Numbered from the stretch's first letter, positions 43,360 through 54,349 are shown. The stretch is 64,000 nucleotides of DNA from Candidatus Babeliales bacterium (GCA_963743635.1 CAVUQO010000003.1:128001-192000), one strand, 5' to 3'. Translations and numbers: made by a program. Notes: generated by a model from the sequence alone, not told the origin.

Positions 43360-44340
43360 ATGGTTATAAAAAATACGCTCCTCAGAATGATGACTGCCCT
43401 CTCAATGCTTACACCAATGATGTACGCCAATCCTCTTGATCCGCTCAACTCATTGGTTGCATCACCCGCTCTGAATGATACCATTGTGGTGCAAGGCCCG
43501 TTGGTCATTGGTATCGTAAATGATATTTATGGCAAGGCGGTAAAAAACAAAAGAGTTGTTGTATACCTTAATAAGCGCAAGGTTGGCGTAGTTTACACCA
43601 ACAAATATGGCGTGTGGTCTTATATACTTAATAGCGGACAATCTTTACAAGACGGCACGTATATTGTGCAAGCATATGTTCAGCTTGCTGCGGGCAATAA
43701 TGTGTGGACGCAAGCAACCTTATTTAACGTGCAGGCATCACGCACTCCAACTCCAGTGAGATTGGGTGTTGTCAATGCTGCTAATTCTGCAATTAATTTC
43801 CCATACGAAGGCGCGTATATCAATACCTCAACACCAACTATTGTGGGCAGCTTAGTTGATTCTAACTACAATGCAGTTGTTGGCGAAACGGTGAATATTA
43901 GTATCAATAGCGTGAATATTGCGACTGTTACTTCTGATAGCAATGGCGTATTCTCCTATCAAGTGAGCGCTACCTTAGATGATGGTAATTACACCGTTGG
44001 TGCACATTGCGTGCAATCTGACGTCAATTTAACCACCAATGATTTTGTTATCCTCACCGTGCCGCCTGCTGCTCCCGTGGTTACATTCCCGAGCGAATAT
44101 TATGTGGTGGATAATAGTACGGTGATTGTAACTGGTACTACTGAATCATATGCAACGATCACCACGTTTATGGATGGTGATACATTCGGCGTAGTATGTT
44201 ATGCGGATCAATATGGCAACTGGTCTAATGAATATGATGGCCTTGCAAATGGTTCACATTCAGTGACGGCACAAGCATCTGATCTGGCAGGCAATACCGG
44301 CCCGGTATCAGGAGCAACGGATTTTAGCGTGAGTGCATAA
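43360..44340 (+). CDS. Secreted Ig-like (Big) protein, tandem paralogue
   Basis: High similarity to 42033-42998; ASDLAGN. Confidence 0.85.
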   Translation: MVIKNTLLRMMTALSMLTPMMYANPLDPLNSLVASPALNDTIVVQGPLVIGIVNDIYGKAVKNKRVVVYLNKRKVGVVYTNKYGVWSYILNSGQSLQDGTYIVQAYVQLAAGNNVWTQATLFNVQASRTPTPVRLGVVNAANSAINFPYEGAYINTSTPTIVGSLVDSNYNAVVGETVNISINSVNIATVTSDSNGVFSYQVSATLDDGNYTVGAHCVQSDVNLTTNDFVILTVPPAAPVVTFPSEYYVVDNSTVIVTGTTESYATITTFMDGDTFGVVCYADQYGNWSNEYDGLANGSHSVTAQASDLAGNTGPVSGATDFSVSA

Positions 44341-44357
44341 TTCTCTAGATAATAAAA

Positions 44358-44392
44358 AGGCGGGAGCGAAGTGTAATACTTCGCTTCCGCTT
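44358..44392. terminator. Bidirectional terminator
   Basis: GCGGGAGCGAAGT...ACTTCGCTTCCGC between convergent genes. Confidence 0.75.
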
Positions 44393-44412
44393 ATCTTATT
44401 AATGTAGGCGGG

Positions 44413-45297
44413 TTATTGTAACGCTGTTGCAGTGAAATGTACGGTCTGAGTGCCACTACTAAATGCAATGCTGACCGCAGTAGGAGTTACTGATGCAATA
44501 GTCACCGTAGATGATCCTGATGATCGTTGCCCTGTAGCAATCACCGATGGAGATACTGAGAAGCTCGGAATAAAGTTGATAATCATTGTTGAACCAGAAA
44601 CTATATACGTATATCCCGATCCGCTGCCTGATCCTGAAGTTGGTATATATCCATCAATGACGCGAATTTGAGATTTTCCGGTAGGCAGTATAAGCGGTAA
44701 GTTAGCGTTGATATCAATGATAGCACTTGAAGGATAACCTGTTTCTTGTAGTACAGCTTCTAAAGTATGGATGCCATTCGCATTAATAGGGCATAGGATT
44801 TGCCAATTGCCGCTTGCATCACTTGTGGCAGTTCCTACGACTGCATCATCAAGTAATAATTCTACGGTGGTTGAAGGCGCGGTAGATACACCGGTGACCA
44901 TGATGAGGTTGGTCATTATATCATCACCATCTGCAGGATCCGTTATCGCTATGGTATCTGTATTTTGCACGGTGAAAGAGACCGTAGTTGTCGCAAGAGT
45001 GCGATAATCAGTATCAATGAGATTTGCGGTCAGCGTGTAATCTCCATTCATGAGTGCTGCTATGGTAAAACTCCAATTGCCATAACTATCAGTGGTAACA
45101 CTTCCTATATAGGTATCATTGATAGTTAATTGAACTTGAGCATCATCTACGGATGATACGCCGTTTATGGCAAGAGGGTCGCCACTTACCTTAGCCGTAT
45201 TTGCGGGATTATTAATGGCAATGACGTTGATAGCGCTGAGCGTGACTGTGCTAAAAAATGTGCATGCCATGGTTAAAAGGAGTATCGTTTTTTTCAT
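44413..45297 (-). CDS. Secreted Ig-like protein, paralogue of 28111-29025
   Basis: Shared C-terminus PTSGSGSG.GY.Y.VSGS...FS.GTQTVHF. Confidence 0.8.
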   Translation of the reverse strand: MKKTILLLTMACTFFSTVTLSAINVIAINNPANTAKVSGDPLAINGVSSVDDAQVQLTINDTYIGSVTTDSYGNWSFTIAALMNGDYTLTANLIDTDYRTLATTTVSFTVQNTDTIAITDPADGDDIMTNLIMVTGVSTAPSTTVELLLDDAVVGTATSDASGNWQILCPINANGIHTLEAVLQETGYPSSAIIDINANLPLILPTGKSQIRVIDGYIPTSGSGSGSGYTYIVSGSTMIINFIPSFSVSPSVIATGQRSSGSSTVTIASVTPTAVSIAFSSGTQTVHFTATALQ

Positions 45298-45333
45298 AGT
45301 TAAATTCCTCATTCTATTTTCGTTAACGGTTAT

Positions 45334-47514
45334 TTAATATACTTCTGCAGTTACTGCAATGTCAGATGCCCCGACTGTGCCGGTAACTATTTGTAATGTC
45401 AGAGTATTGCCGGCAACACAAGAGACGCTTACATTAGAAGCAGTCGAATTAGCACTGTTATTGCCACTTGCTAGGGAGACGGTCAATCCTGTAGCTATGC
45501 CATTTTTCAGCAAGGTAAAGGTAGTTCCGGCAGCGCCTGCGGCTGTTGCTGACTGTGCATACATATTTTTAATGATACATGGCTGTGTCGCAACATAAGG
45601 GATAGAAGTTACGAGCGTTGCTTGTGTTGCTGCAGTACCAGGAGTCATGTAGGCAGTTCCAACTGCTGGTGTGGTATTAGTTGCCCATGTGATGGTCGAT
45701 GCAGGCCCAGTAGAGGTAAATCCGAATGAGTTTGCATTGGAATTTACGAGATTCGAATTTGATACTATTAGAGTACCAGCCGATTGGGCAATATCTGCCG
45801 TGGGGTTTCCGCTTACTGTTGAAGAACTTATGATGCATGATGCGCCTGCAAGATTGGTTTGCACACCGATGGCACTACCGCCGCCAGAATTTGTTACCGT
45901 AATACTGCTGGTGCGTATATTGAAGGTATTCACGGCAGTATCAACAATAACGCCTCGGGCAACTTGTGTGCCTGAAGTGCTCACGGTTACCGTTGAATCT
46001 TGTAGCGCAAATAAATTGGTTCCAGCGTTACCAGTACCAATGGAATGAATGCCATACGTATTGCCTCCGGCATTTCCCGTATTGGTAACGTTGAGGTTAA
46101 CCATGCTCACAGTAGAAGTTTGAGATGTAGTGTCAAGAAATACGATCCCTCGCAGTTGCACGTTTGATCCCGCATTGGATGTAAGATTTAGGGTGACATT
46201 TGAGAGGCGTGAACTTTCGCCCATAGTTACTAAATCTGTATTGGCGGTTACATTGGTTTGTTGGATTCGAACACCGCTTGAGTTATAACCACCCGAAGTG
46301 ATTCCAGCTACGCTCACCGCATTTTTGATAACAACGGCTTCATTGTACGTTCCCGGGAATATCCATATCGTGGTTCCCGAAACTGCAACAGCCATAGCCG
46401 CAGCAATAGTGGCAAAAGGAGCGCCATTAAGAGCGCCGGTAGCATCGTTGCCATATACTGCATCAACGCGCGCTATGTTGCCAAAAACCGGTACTGATTG
46501 GAGGTTAAGTGTTCCAGCTCCTGGCGTAAAAATAATAGAATTATTCGTTGATGTCAGCGCATTAAATACAGGTGGATTGCCGGTGGAGCCTATCAGTACT
46601 TGACCATTGGTACCAGGAGCTGAAGCTAGAATGCCTGTGCTGGTAGAAGTGAGTGCGCCTGCGGTGAACGGAAATTTGATAGCGCCTGCACTAACCGTAA
46701 GCCCATTGCCTGCAGTTATGGATCCATCTACGGCGAGTGAACCAGGAATTACTACATTGTTATCTAAATTTATAGTGACGGTTTGCCCTGAGCCACTGGT
46801 ATTAATATTTGATCCGCCAACAATATCAAGCACTCCTGCAACAGGAATTGCAGTTCCCGCATCGGTCACAAAGCTTTGGTTGCTGCCAGCACTTCCTGAT
46901 TGGCCATTGATTGTGCCCGCTACGGTTAAATTGCCACAAATCGTTGCATTGCACGATACGTTGAGAGAGCCAGTGGTTAAATTATCAATAACCCATAGAT
47001 TACAGAATTTTTTACAACGTCGGCCACGAACTTGGGTTGTTTGCTCTTCTTCTAATTCTTTTAATTCTCCCAAGGTAATATGCGCATTGCCATTTTGAAG
47101 AATGCCTAGATAGTGCTCAATAATGTGTAATGAGTTATCTTCTGGATGATTTTTCTTAACATCGGCAGCAGTAAGAAGGTTAAGTAACTGCAGGCTAATG
47201 TTTTCTACTGCTTTTGTTGGTGCAACGTGCACATTCTCATCGAGAAAGAGTGATAGATCTATGAGTTCAGCGAGGTCAGTATAGTTGATTTTTAGTAATT
47301 TAACGGTTGTTTTTAGAGCCGCGGGGATGTATACAAAATCAGTTTCGGGATTTTGTGTAAGAAGTTTAGTATCTTGCTCGGATAGAAAAGTTTCAACGGC
47401 AGGCAACTCCTCGATGCCGATTTCATTGATATGCTCCTCCGATTGATTTGCATATGATGGTAGGTATATGATAATTCCCATACATAATAACATCAATAAT
47501 AAAGTTTTTTTCAT
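45334..47514 (-). CDS. Secreted fibre/beta-helix protein with pro-domain
   Basis: Pro-domain, RGRRCKKFCN, FVTDAGTA.P, GQVLIGSTG, VDAVYGNDATG..PFATIAAA. Confidence 0.85.
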   Translation of the reverse strand: MKKTLLLMLLCMGIIIYLPSYANQSEEHINEIGIEELPAVETFLSEQDTKLLTQNPETDFVYIPAALKTTVKLLKINYTDLAELIDLSLFLDENVHVAPTKAVENISLQLLNLLTAADVKKNHPEDNSLHIIEHYLGILQNGNAHITLGELKELEEEQTTQVRGRRCKKFCNLWVIDNLTTGSLNVSCNATICGNLTVAGTINGQSGSAGSNQSFVTDAGTAIPVAGVLDIVGGSNINTSGSGQTVTINLDNNVVIPGSLAVDGSITAGNGLTVSAGAIKFPFTAGALTSTSTGILASAPGTNGQVLIGSTGNPPVFNALTSTNNSIIFTPGAGTLNLQSVPVFGNIARVDAVYGNDATGALNGAPFATIAAAMAVAVSGTTIWIFPGTYNEAVVIKNAVSVAGITSGGYNSSGVRIQQTNVTANTDLVTMGESSRLSNVTLNLTSNAGSNVQLRGIVFLDTTSQTSTVSMVNLNVTNTGNAGGNTYGIHSIGTGNAGTNLFALQDSTVTVSTSGTQVARGVIVDTAVNTFNIRTSSITVTNSGGGSAIGVQTNLAGASCIISSSTVSGNPTADIAQSAGTLIVSNSNLVNSNANSFGFTSTGPASTITWATNTTPAVGTAYMTPGTAATQATLVTSIPYVATQPCIIKNMYAQSATAAGAAGTTFTLLKNGIATGLTVSLASGNNSANSTASNVSVSCVAGNTLTLQIVTGTVGASDIAVTAEVY

Positions 47515-47759
47515 ACACCACTCCTTTTTTTTTAATATTTTTTTTCAATATAACAATTACCTGATCTCATTCCTAGAAAAATCATCGATGACCTGATTGT
47601 ATTAATAAAGACGATGTTATTGCAATAGGTGACACAGCAAAAGGGGCGTTTGTGCCCGTGCTAATTCTTTCTCTTTTTTAAAATCACTCAATGCATTATG
47701 CAGCAGTAGCGAGTGCATGCATAAGATGTTAAACAAGAACATATTTTTTTTGATGTCAC

Positions 47760-49349
47760 TTATAATGCCCCATAGAGTTCAAACGTTCCGCCAGTGATAT
47801 TTCCCGAGCTGAAGAATAATTGAAAGGCGTTGCATCCGGCGGTGGCGACATAGCCTCCAACGAATACTGATGACACCCCAGGATTAGTTATACGTAAATA
47901 GGTAGATCTCCCATAAAAGGCTGGATAAATAGTTTGAGAGGCGCCTATATTGCTCAATAGCATTTCGCCGCTACAGGCATAATGAGCCACGTTAAGAACC
48001 GAATAGGCAAGCAATAAAGAACTTCCATTACTGGTACCGATACTTGCAACGTCACTATAAGAGTCTGAAGTTGCAAAAAGAGAAACCCCATAATATCCCG
48101 TAGACACCCACGAGGTTCCGTTATTCGTTGAGCATTGTAATTGAATGCTTGCCCCAGATGTGGGAGGAAGCATGTTGTACCATTTGATTTGAAAGCTCGT
48201 ATAACCTGTCGGTAGATTGATAAAGGTAACTGCTGAAACGTTACTCACCGTTTGCGTTGATAGTAATCGATATGGATTTGAATTATCGGCATATGCTGTG
48301 GTGGCCAATTTTGTAGAATCATCATTAGCGCTTTGAGTGCTAGCCGTTGCAGTTCCGGTAATTGCTATGCCGTTTGTGCTGCCGGTAAGTACTATATTGC
48401 CAGTTCCTGCTTGTATGGTTGTGAGGCTTGAAGTATTCGTGGAGCCGAGCGTGGCTGTTTTTGCGCCGTTGCCAGTAGTAATGGAAATGGTAGAGGAGGA
48501 AGCATCAGTAGAAACGTTTAAAGCATTAGTGCCTGAGTTGAGCGTGATAGTTCCGCCAGAGATAGAAGAATTTCCGGTAGCATTAATGCCGCCAGTAGTT
48601 GCAATGAGTCCGGTGCCAGCTGTTACTGATCCAGAAACTGAGGGACTATTATTCAGATTTACTGTTACGGTTGACCCTGACCCACTGGTATTTACGTTGG
48701 ACCCCCCATGTATAGTTAATGCACCACTCGATGGTGTTGCAGTTCCAGAATCGGTTGGAAATGAGGTTGAGACAGAGCCACTCAGTCCGATAGTGATGGT
48801 TGAATCTGCGCCGGTGGTAGTGATATTTGATCCGCCAACGATATTAATATTCGCGGCAGTAGGAAATGCCGATCCGCTATTGGTGTTGAATAAAAATACC
48901 GTTCTTTTGCCGTCATGAATATCATCCTCATCAATGCATACCTGTATCGCTCCTGATTCAACGGCACGCGCATACTGCTCTAAATCGGCGAACATTTTAG
49001 GGGCGGGGCATTTTGCATTGGCAAGAGCGGTAAGAAGTTGTTCTATAGATGATAGTACATATTCTTGCGGGACAATATGAGTATCTTGATCAATGAATAA
49101 TGATAGATCGATAAAAGTATTAATTTCTGGGTGCAGCGCATTTAACATTCTGATGGTTGCTTTGATATCTTCAGAAAGGTACGTAAAATCTACCGTGGGA
49201 TTATTGATTACTCGGTCATAATCCTGTGCGGATATCACATAGCATGGCGCGTGAGTATCTATCATCGTTGGAGATACATCCTGATGAGCAGCTAAGGGAG
49301 AAGCTCCAAGGCAGGCATTCAATATTATGAAAATGAGCAATAATATCAT
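47760..49349 (-). CDS. Secreted phage-tail-fibre-like protein with pro-domain
   Basis: GKRTVFL; TATASTQSANDDSTKLATTAY; LLSTQTVSNVSAVTF...GTFELYG. Confidence 0.8.
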   Translation of the reverse strand: MILLLIFIILNACLGASPLAAHQDVSPTMIDTHAPCYVISAQDYDRVINNPTVDFTYLSEDIKATIRMLNALHPEINTFIDLSLFIDQDTHIVPQEYVLSSIEQLLTALANAKCPAPKMFADLEQYARAVESGAIQVCIDEDDIHDGKRTVFLFNTNSGSAFPTAANINIVGGSNITTTGADSTITIGLSGSVSTSFPTDSGTATPSSGALTIHGGSNVNTSGSGSTVTVNLNNSPSVSGSVTAGTGLIATTGGINATGNSSISGGTITLNSGTNALNVSTDASSSTISITTGNGAKTATLGSTNTSSLTTIQAGTGNIVLTGSTNGIAITGTATASTQSANDDSTKLATTAYADNSNPYRLLSTQTVSNVSAVTFINLPTGYTSFQIKWYNMLPPTSGASIQLQCSTNNGTSWVSTGYYGVSLFATSDSYSDVASIGTSNGSSLLLAYSVLNVAHYACSGEMLLSNIGASQTIYPAFYGRSTYLRITNPGVSSVFVGGYVATAGCNAFQLFFSSGNITGGTFELYGAL

Positions 49350-49365
49350 TTGTTTCTTCCTATAA

Positions 49366-50595
49366 TTATAAAACCGCATAGAGCTCAAAGGTTCCGCTGG
49401 TGATATTTCCCGAACTAAAAAGTAACTGGAAGGCATTGCATCCAGTAGCGGCTACATAACCGCCAGTGAGTGCTACGCCAACTAATGGTGTGTTTGAGTC
49501 TAGATAGGTAACTATGCCATAAAAAGCTGGATAAATAGTTTGAGAGGTTCCTATATTGCTCAGTAGCAGTTCACCACAACAGGTATAACCTGCTACGGTG
49601 TTAATGATAGCTTGTGTAAGAGTTACGGAAGATGTATTAGAAGAGGCTATAGTGTTACCACTACCTGCTGAAGTATTGTAAAAAAAGGATCCATAATATC
49701 CGGTTGTTATCAACCCGCCACTATTAGATAATTGTATCTCAAGGGATGAGCCTGATGTGGCAGGAACTACGTTGTACCACCTGATTTTAAATTTCGAATA
49801 TCCTGAAGGTAGACTGTTAAAAGTAACTGCTGTGACGTTACTCACCGTTTGCGTTGATAGTAATCGATATGGATTGGAATTATCCGCATATGCGGTGGTA
49901 GCCAATTTTGTAGAATCATCATTAGCACTTTGGGTGGTAGCCGTTGCAGTTCCGTTGAATGCTATGCCGTTTGTGCTGCCGGTACATACGATGCTTGCAG
50001 TTCCTGCTTGTATGGTTGTGGAGCTTGAAGTATTGGTGGAACCGAGCGTAGTGGTTTTTGTAGCATTGCCGGTTGCGATATTAACGGTAGTAGTAGCACT
50101 ATCGGTAGAAACGTTTAAAGCATTTGAGCCGGGGTTAAGCGTGATAGTTCCGCCAGAGATAGAAGAATTTCCGGTAGCATTAATGCCGCCAGTAGTTGCA
50201 ATGAGTCCGGTGCCAGCCGTTACTGATCCAGAAACTGAGGGACTATTATTCAGATTTACCGTTACGGTTGACCCTGACCCGCTGGTATTTATGTTGGATC
50301 CCCCATGTATCGTTAATGCATTATTAGAAGGCGTTGCAGTTCCAGAATCAGTTGGGAATGAGGTTGAGATAAGGCCAGTAGCTGCAATAGTGATGGTTGA
50401 GTCTGCGCCCGTGGTAGTGACATTTGATCCGCCAGCGATATTAATATTCGCGGCAGCAGGAAATGCCGATCCGCTATTGGTATTGTAGAGTAAGATTGTT
50501 CTTTTGCATTCACTCAGATTATCCTGATCATTTGCAGCTAACGGAGCAGCGTTAAAACAGGCATTCAATATCATGAAAATGAGTAAGGATATCAT
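49366..50595 (-). CDS. Secreted phage-tail-fibre-like protein lacking the pro-domain
   Basis: Signal peptide followed directly by DQDNLSECKRTILL; same body as its neighbours. Confidence 0.8.
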   Translation of the reverse strand: MISLLIFMILNACFNAAPLAANDQDNLSECKRTILLYNTNSGSAFPAAANINIAGGSNVTTTGADSTITIAATGLISTSFPTDSGTATPSNNALTIHGGSNINTSGSGSTVTVNLNNSPSVSGSVTAGTGLIATTGGINATGNSSISGGTITLNPGSNALNVSTDSATTTVNIATGNATKTTTLGSTNTSSSTTIQAGTASIVCTGSTNGIAFNGTATATTQSANDDSTKLATTAYADNSNPYRLLSTQTVSNVTAVTFNSLPSGYSKFKIRWYNVVPATSGSSLEIQLSNSGGLITTGYYGSFFYNTSAGSGNTIASSNTSSVTLTQAIINTVAGYTCCGELLLSNIGTSQTIYPAFYGIVTYLDSNTPLVGVALTGGYVAATGCNAFQLLFSSGNITSGTFELYAVL

Positions 50596-50611
50596 TTGTT
50601 TCTTCCTATAA

Positions 50612-52168
50612 TTACAATACCGCATAAAGCTCAAAGGTTCCGCTGGCAATATTTCCCGAACTAAAGAACAAATGGAAGGCATTGCATCCCGCAGTGTTTA
50701 CCGATCCGCCGGACATTGAATTCAATGTTTTAGTAGTAGTCGTATTATTATATAAAGAGGTAGATCTTCCGTAGCAATTAGGATAAATAGTTTGAGAAGC
50801 TCCTATATTGGTAAATAGTATTTCGCCGCTACTGGAATAATTAGTTAAGACAATAACGGCTTGTGATATTGCTAAGGAACTTGCGTTATTTGAGACGGTA
50901 GTGCTAAAAGTTCCTGCTGAATTACTAAAAAAGTCAATCCCATAATATCCTGATCCTATCCAAGAAGAACCATTGTTATTTGACCATTGTAATTGAATGT
51001 TTGACCCTGATGTGGCAGGAACCACATTGTACCATCTAACCAGAAATTTCGTGTATGCCGTCGGTAGATTGATAAAGGTAACTGCTGAAACGTTACTCAC
51101 CGTTTGCGTTGACAGTAAACGATATGGATTTGAGTTATCGATGTATGCGGTAGTAGCCAATTTCGTAGAATCATCATTAGCGCTTTGCGTGGTAGCTGTT
51201 GCAGTTCCGGTAATTGCTATGCCGTTTGTGCTGCCGGTAAGTACTATATTGCCAGTTCCTGCTTGTATGCTTGTGATGCTTGAAGTATTGGTGGAGCCGA
51301 ACGTAGTTGTTTTTGCAGCATTGCCAGTTGCTATGCTAACCGTGGTATTAGCACTATCGGTAGAAACGTTTAAAGCATTAGTGCCGGAATTGAGTGTGAT
51401 AGTTCCCCCAGAGATAGAAGAATTTCCGGTAGCATTAATGCCGCCAGTAGTAGCAATGAGCCCCGTTCCTGCCGTGAAGGATCCAGAGACGGATGGGCTA
51501 TTATTTAGATTTACCGTTACGATTGCTCCGGTACCGCTGGTATTCATGTTGGATCCGCCATGAATGGTCAATGCATCATTCGATGGAGTTGCAGTTCCAG
51601 AATCAGTTGAAAATGAGGTTGAGACAGAGCCGCTCATTCCGATAGTGATGGTTGATCCTGCGCCGGTGGCAGTGATATTTGATCCGCCAACGATATTAAT
51701 ATTCGCGGCAGCAGAAAATGCCGATCCATTATTGGTGTTATAGAGAAAGATTGTTCTTTTGCCGTCACTCAGATTGTCTTGATCGATATGGACTTGTACC
51801 GTTTGCGCTTGAAGTTCCTGCGCATATTGTTTTAAATCAGTAAGCAGTTTAGTTGCAGGATATTCTGCATTGGCAAGCGTTGCCAGCAGTTGTTCTAAAA
51901 ATGTTAGCAAGGTATCTCGCGGGGTAATATGCGTATCTTGATCAATCAACCATGTTAGATCGATAAGAGAATCGATTTCTGGGTATTGGGCTTTAAACAT
52001 TCTGAGTGCTGTTTTGATATCTTCCGGAATGTACGCAAAATCTACTGCAGGATTATTAATAACAAGATCATAATCCTGCCCAGAAATCATGGCATGAAGG
52101 TTTTGCTGATGCATCGAAAGTAAGAAAATAAATGCGATTAACGCTATTTTTTTCACGGCAATCTTCAT
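50612..52168 (-). CDS. Secreted phage-tail-fibre-like protein with pro-domain
   Basis: LHA-M signal, pro-domain, DGKRTIFL, same body. Confidence 0.8.
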   Translation of the reverse strand: MKIAVKKIALIAFIFLLSMHQQNLHAMISGQDYDLVINNPAVDFAYIPEDIKTALRMFKAQYPEIDSLIDLTWLIDQDTHITPRDTLLTFLEQLLATLANAEYPATKLLTDLKQYAQELQAQTVQVHIDQDNLSDGKRTIFLYNTNNGSAFSAAANINIVGGSNITATGAGSTITIGMSGSVSTSFSTDSGTATPSNDALTIHGGSNMNTSGTGAIVTVNLNNSPSVSGSFTAGTGLIATTGGINATGNSSISGGTITLNSGTNALNVSTDSANTTVSIATGNAAKTTTFGSTNTSSITSIQAGTGNIVLTGSTNGIAITGTATATTQSANDDSTKLATTAYIDNSNPYRLLSTQTVSNVSAVTFINLPTAYTKFLVRWYNVVPATSGSNIQLQWSNNNGSSWIGSGYYGIDFFSNSAGTFSTTVSNNASSLAISQAVIVLTNYSSSGEILFTNIGASQTIYPNCYGRSTSLYNNTTTTKTLNSMSGGSVNTAGCNAFHLFFSSGNIASGTFELYAVL

Positions 52169-52296
52169 TTCATAGACGCCTTTCTTGAATCGCTGTTAGG
52201 ATAAATTTTGTTTACTAACCTAATTATAGATACAGTTTTCTGCTAAAGTCTATGGGCGAGAATAAATTTAATCTCTTAGGGGTTTAATTCGGAGAG

Positions 52297-52415
52297 CCGA
52301 TCGCTCTGCCTGCCCCTCGTGGTTCGACCCTTCGCTTTTCGCTCAGGACTACCATGAACGGGGTCCCGCTCGTCCTGAGCCTGACGAAGGGGTCGAAGGG
52401 TAGCGTAGTAGGGAA
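52297..52415. repeat. REP/MITE-like element (inverted copy of about 10540-10652)
   Basis: Shared core CCCTTCGCTTTTCGCTCAGGACTACCATGAACGGGGTCCCGCTCGTCCTGAGC. Confidence 0.85.
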
Positions 52416-52530
52416 CGATAGTGAAGAGTAGGAGCGAGTTTTTTTGAGATACTCAAAGGATTATTGTTATTTTTTGGAATGTTTTATAGCGTAGTAATAG
52501 TAGGATTTGCAAGAGACGTAAAGGTATGTA

Positions 52531-54222
52531 ATGAAAGTATCGAGAATACAACTATTATTGATTGTGATGGGTTTATGGGGAGTGGATGCGCAGGGGGTGG
52601 ATAATTCTCTGTATCAAACATGCGATGGAGATTTATACGGTAAAACATTCTTCTCATTCAGGCCGCAAGATTCAGATTCTTCACGCAGGATTTTGACATG
52701 GTTTAATGCGGATTATATAGCAAAACCTCACAAGCTTCAGGATAATACATGCTCGTGGCCTATAACGGGCCGATATCAGAACATGCGCTGCATGTTAGTG
52801 ATATCTCCTCAATACACGCGTTCTTTTGACACGAAGTGGTATTGCGCAATGGTTTTTCTTTAATGGGTGCGACCAAATGTCGGTCGGTATTCCCGATCAA
52901 TACGAAACATTTGATATTGATGGCAGCCAAATTGGATTAAGTTTGGGAACCATTACTGGTGAGTACGGGGAAATCGGTATCGCTTACGCCAGGTAAGATT
53001 GGCTCAGTATGGGCAAAGCCACTCATAGAAAACTTCATTATCGATCTTGATTTTTGGTACAATCTGAGCGATTGGCATGAAAATCTTTGGGCAAGAATTG
53101 AACTTCCCGTTGTATATATGAAAACTGATATGCACATGCGGGCATCAGGCCGTGGCGTACAAACGGACCCCTATCCTTATGGATTATTTTCACTTGATTT
53201 TACTAACACTCAGAATGCTTATGGCGATCAAATTTGTGATCAAACGCCAGTACCATATAATTCTATTCTCTGTGCGCTTGAGGGCAATCAAGGATGGGGC
53301 GCAGTTGAGCCCCTTAAATCGGGTAAATTTTCTACGCGGGAGCTCAGTAGATGGGGCGTAGCAGGGCTGCATTTCGATCTTGGATATGATTTTTATGATA
53401 GTAGGCCATGGTATGCAGCGGGTAGTTTGCATGTGGTGTTCCCAACTGGCACAAAGCCTAAAGGTGATTATGTGTTAGAACCGGTCATCGGCGCGAATAA
53501 ATCATGGCAACTGGGTGCAACGGTGATTGCCAATTACATTAAAGAATTGAGCAATAGCGAATTTGGCGTCTATTTTTACGCCGTAGGAACTCATCTTTTC
53601 AGATCAAAACAGGATCGCGTCTTTTCCTCTACTTGCGAATGGGCCAGGAAGCCAAGTTGTTCTTTTAAAGCAGTTTAATGTTGCCAATACAGAATTATTG
53701 AGTGCTACACGAGAGGCAAATATTTTTTGCGGAGAAACCAAAATTGGTGCATCGCTCATGTTTGATGGGTCATTAATGTTTCAATATAGTCGACAAGAAT
53801 TTGTATTAGATGCGGGATACAATTTCTGGGTACGCACGAAAGAAAGAAGCTCTAATAAAGTTTGCTTTAGAGAATTTGCTGATAATGAATTTGGTATTAA
53901 GGGCTCTATGCCCATGAAAGAAAATCAAGCGGTTGGATGTATTTATACACCATTGCAATGTCTTCCCGATTTGACGACTGAGCATTGCGTCACCATTGCG
54001 GGCGGTTCGCTTGAAGTTGATGATCCAGCAATTTTTATTCAAGCCTCTGACGTCAATTATGGATCAGCGCTTGCGCCAACTTGCATGTCGAATAAAGTAT
54101 TTGCCGCGATCGGTTATAAATCATCATGGTTTGTGTTGCTGTCTGGCGAAGCTGAATTCGGTATGAGCAATGCAGCGATAAACCAGTGGGGTATAATGTT
54201 AAAAATCGGCAAAGATTTTTAA
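52531..54222 (+). pseudogene. Frameshifted paralogue of the Cys-rich beta-barrel 26330-28024
   Basis: Three ORF pieces colinear with the paralogue; +1 insertions at about 52834 and 53628; ends MLKIGKDF. Confidence 0.8.
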
Positions 54223-54237
54223 CATCTATTCCGAAAT

Positions 54238-54349
54238 CCGATCATCCTGAGCCTGACGAAGGATGGGGCGTGATGGTGAAGATAGGTAAAGATTTTTAAA
54301 GCGGCGCAGCCCGAAGTCCTTCGGTCCCTTCGGGCCTCAGGATGATCGG
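54238..54349. repeat. Inverted REP-like pair flanking a duplicated barrel C-terminus
   Basis: CCGATCATCCTGAG...CTCAGGATGATCGG. Confidence 0.7.

Noticed and set aside
49349..50682. N-terminal extensions in the ORF track (MPSS.../MPSI...)
   Set aside because: Alternate-frame read-through of the upstream paralogue's 3' end; true starts follow the AGGAAG RBS at 49349 and 50595
45334..52168. Prophage or diversity-generating retroelement
   Set aside because: No structural, packaging or integrase genes; all fibres have signal peptides; no reverse transcriptase or adenine-specific TR/VR pair seen
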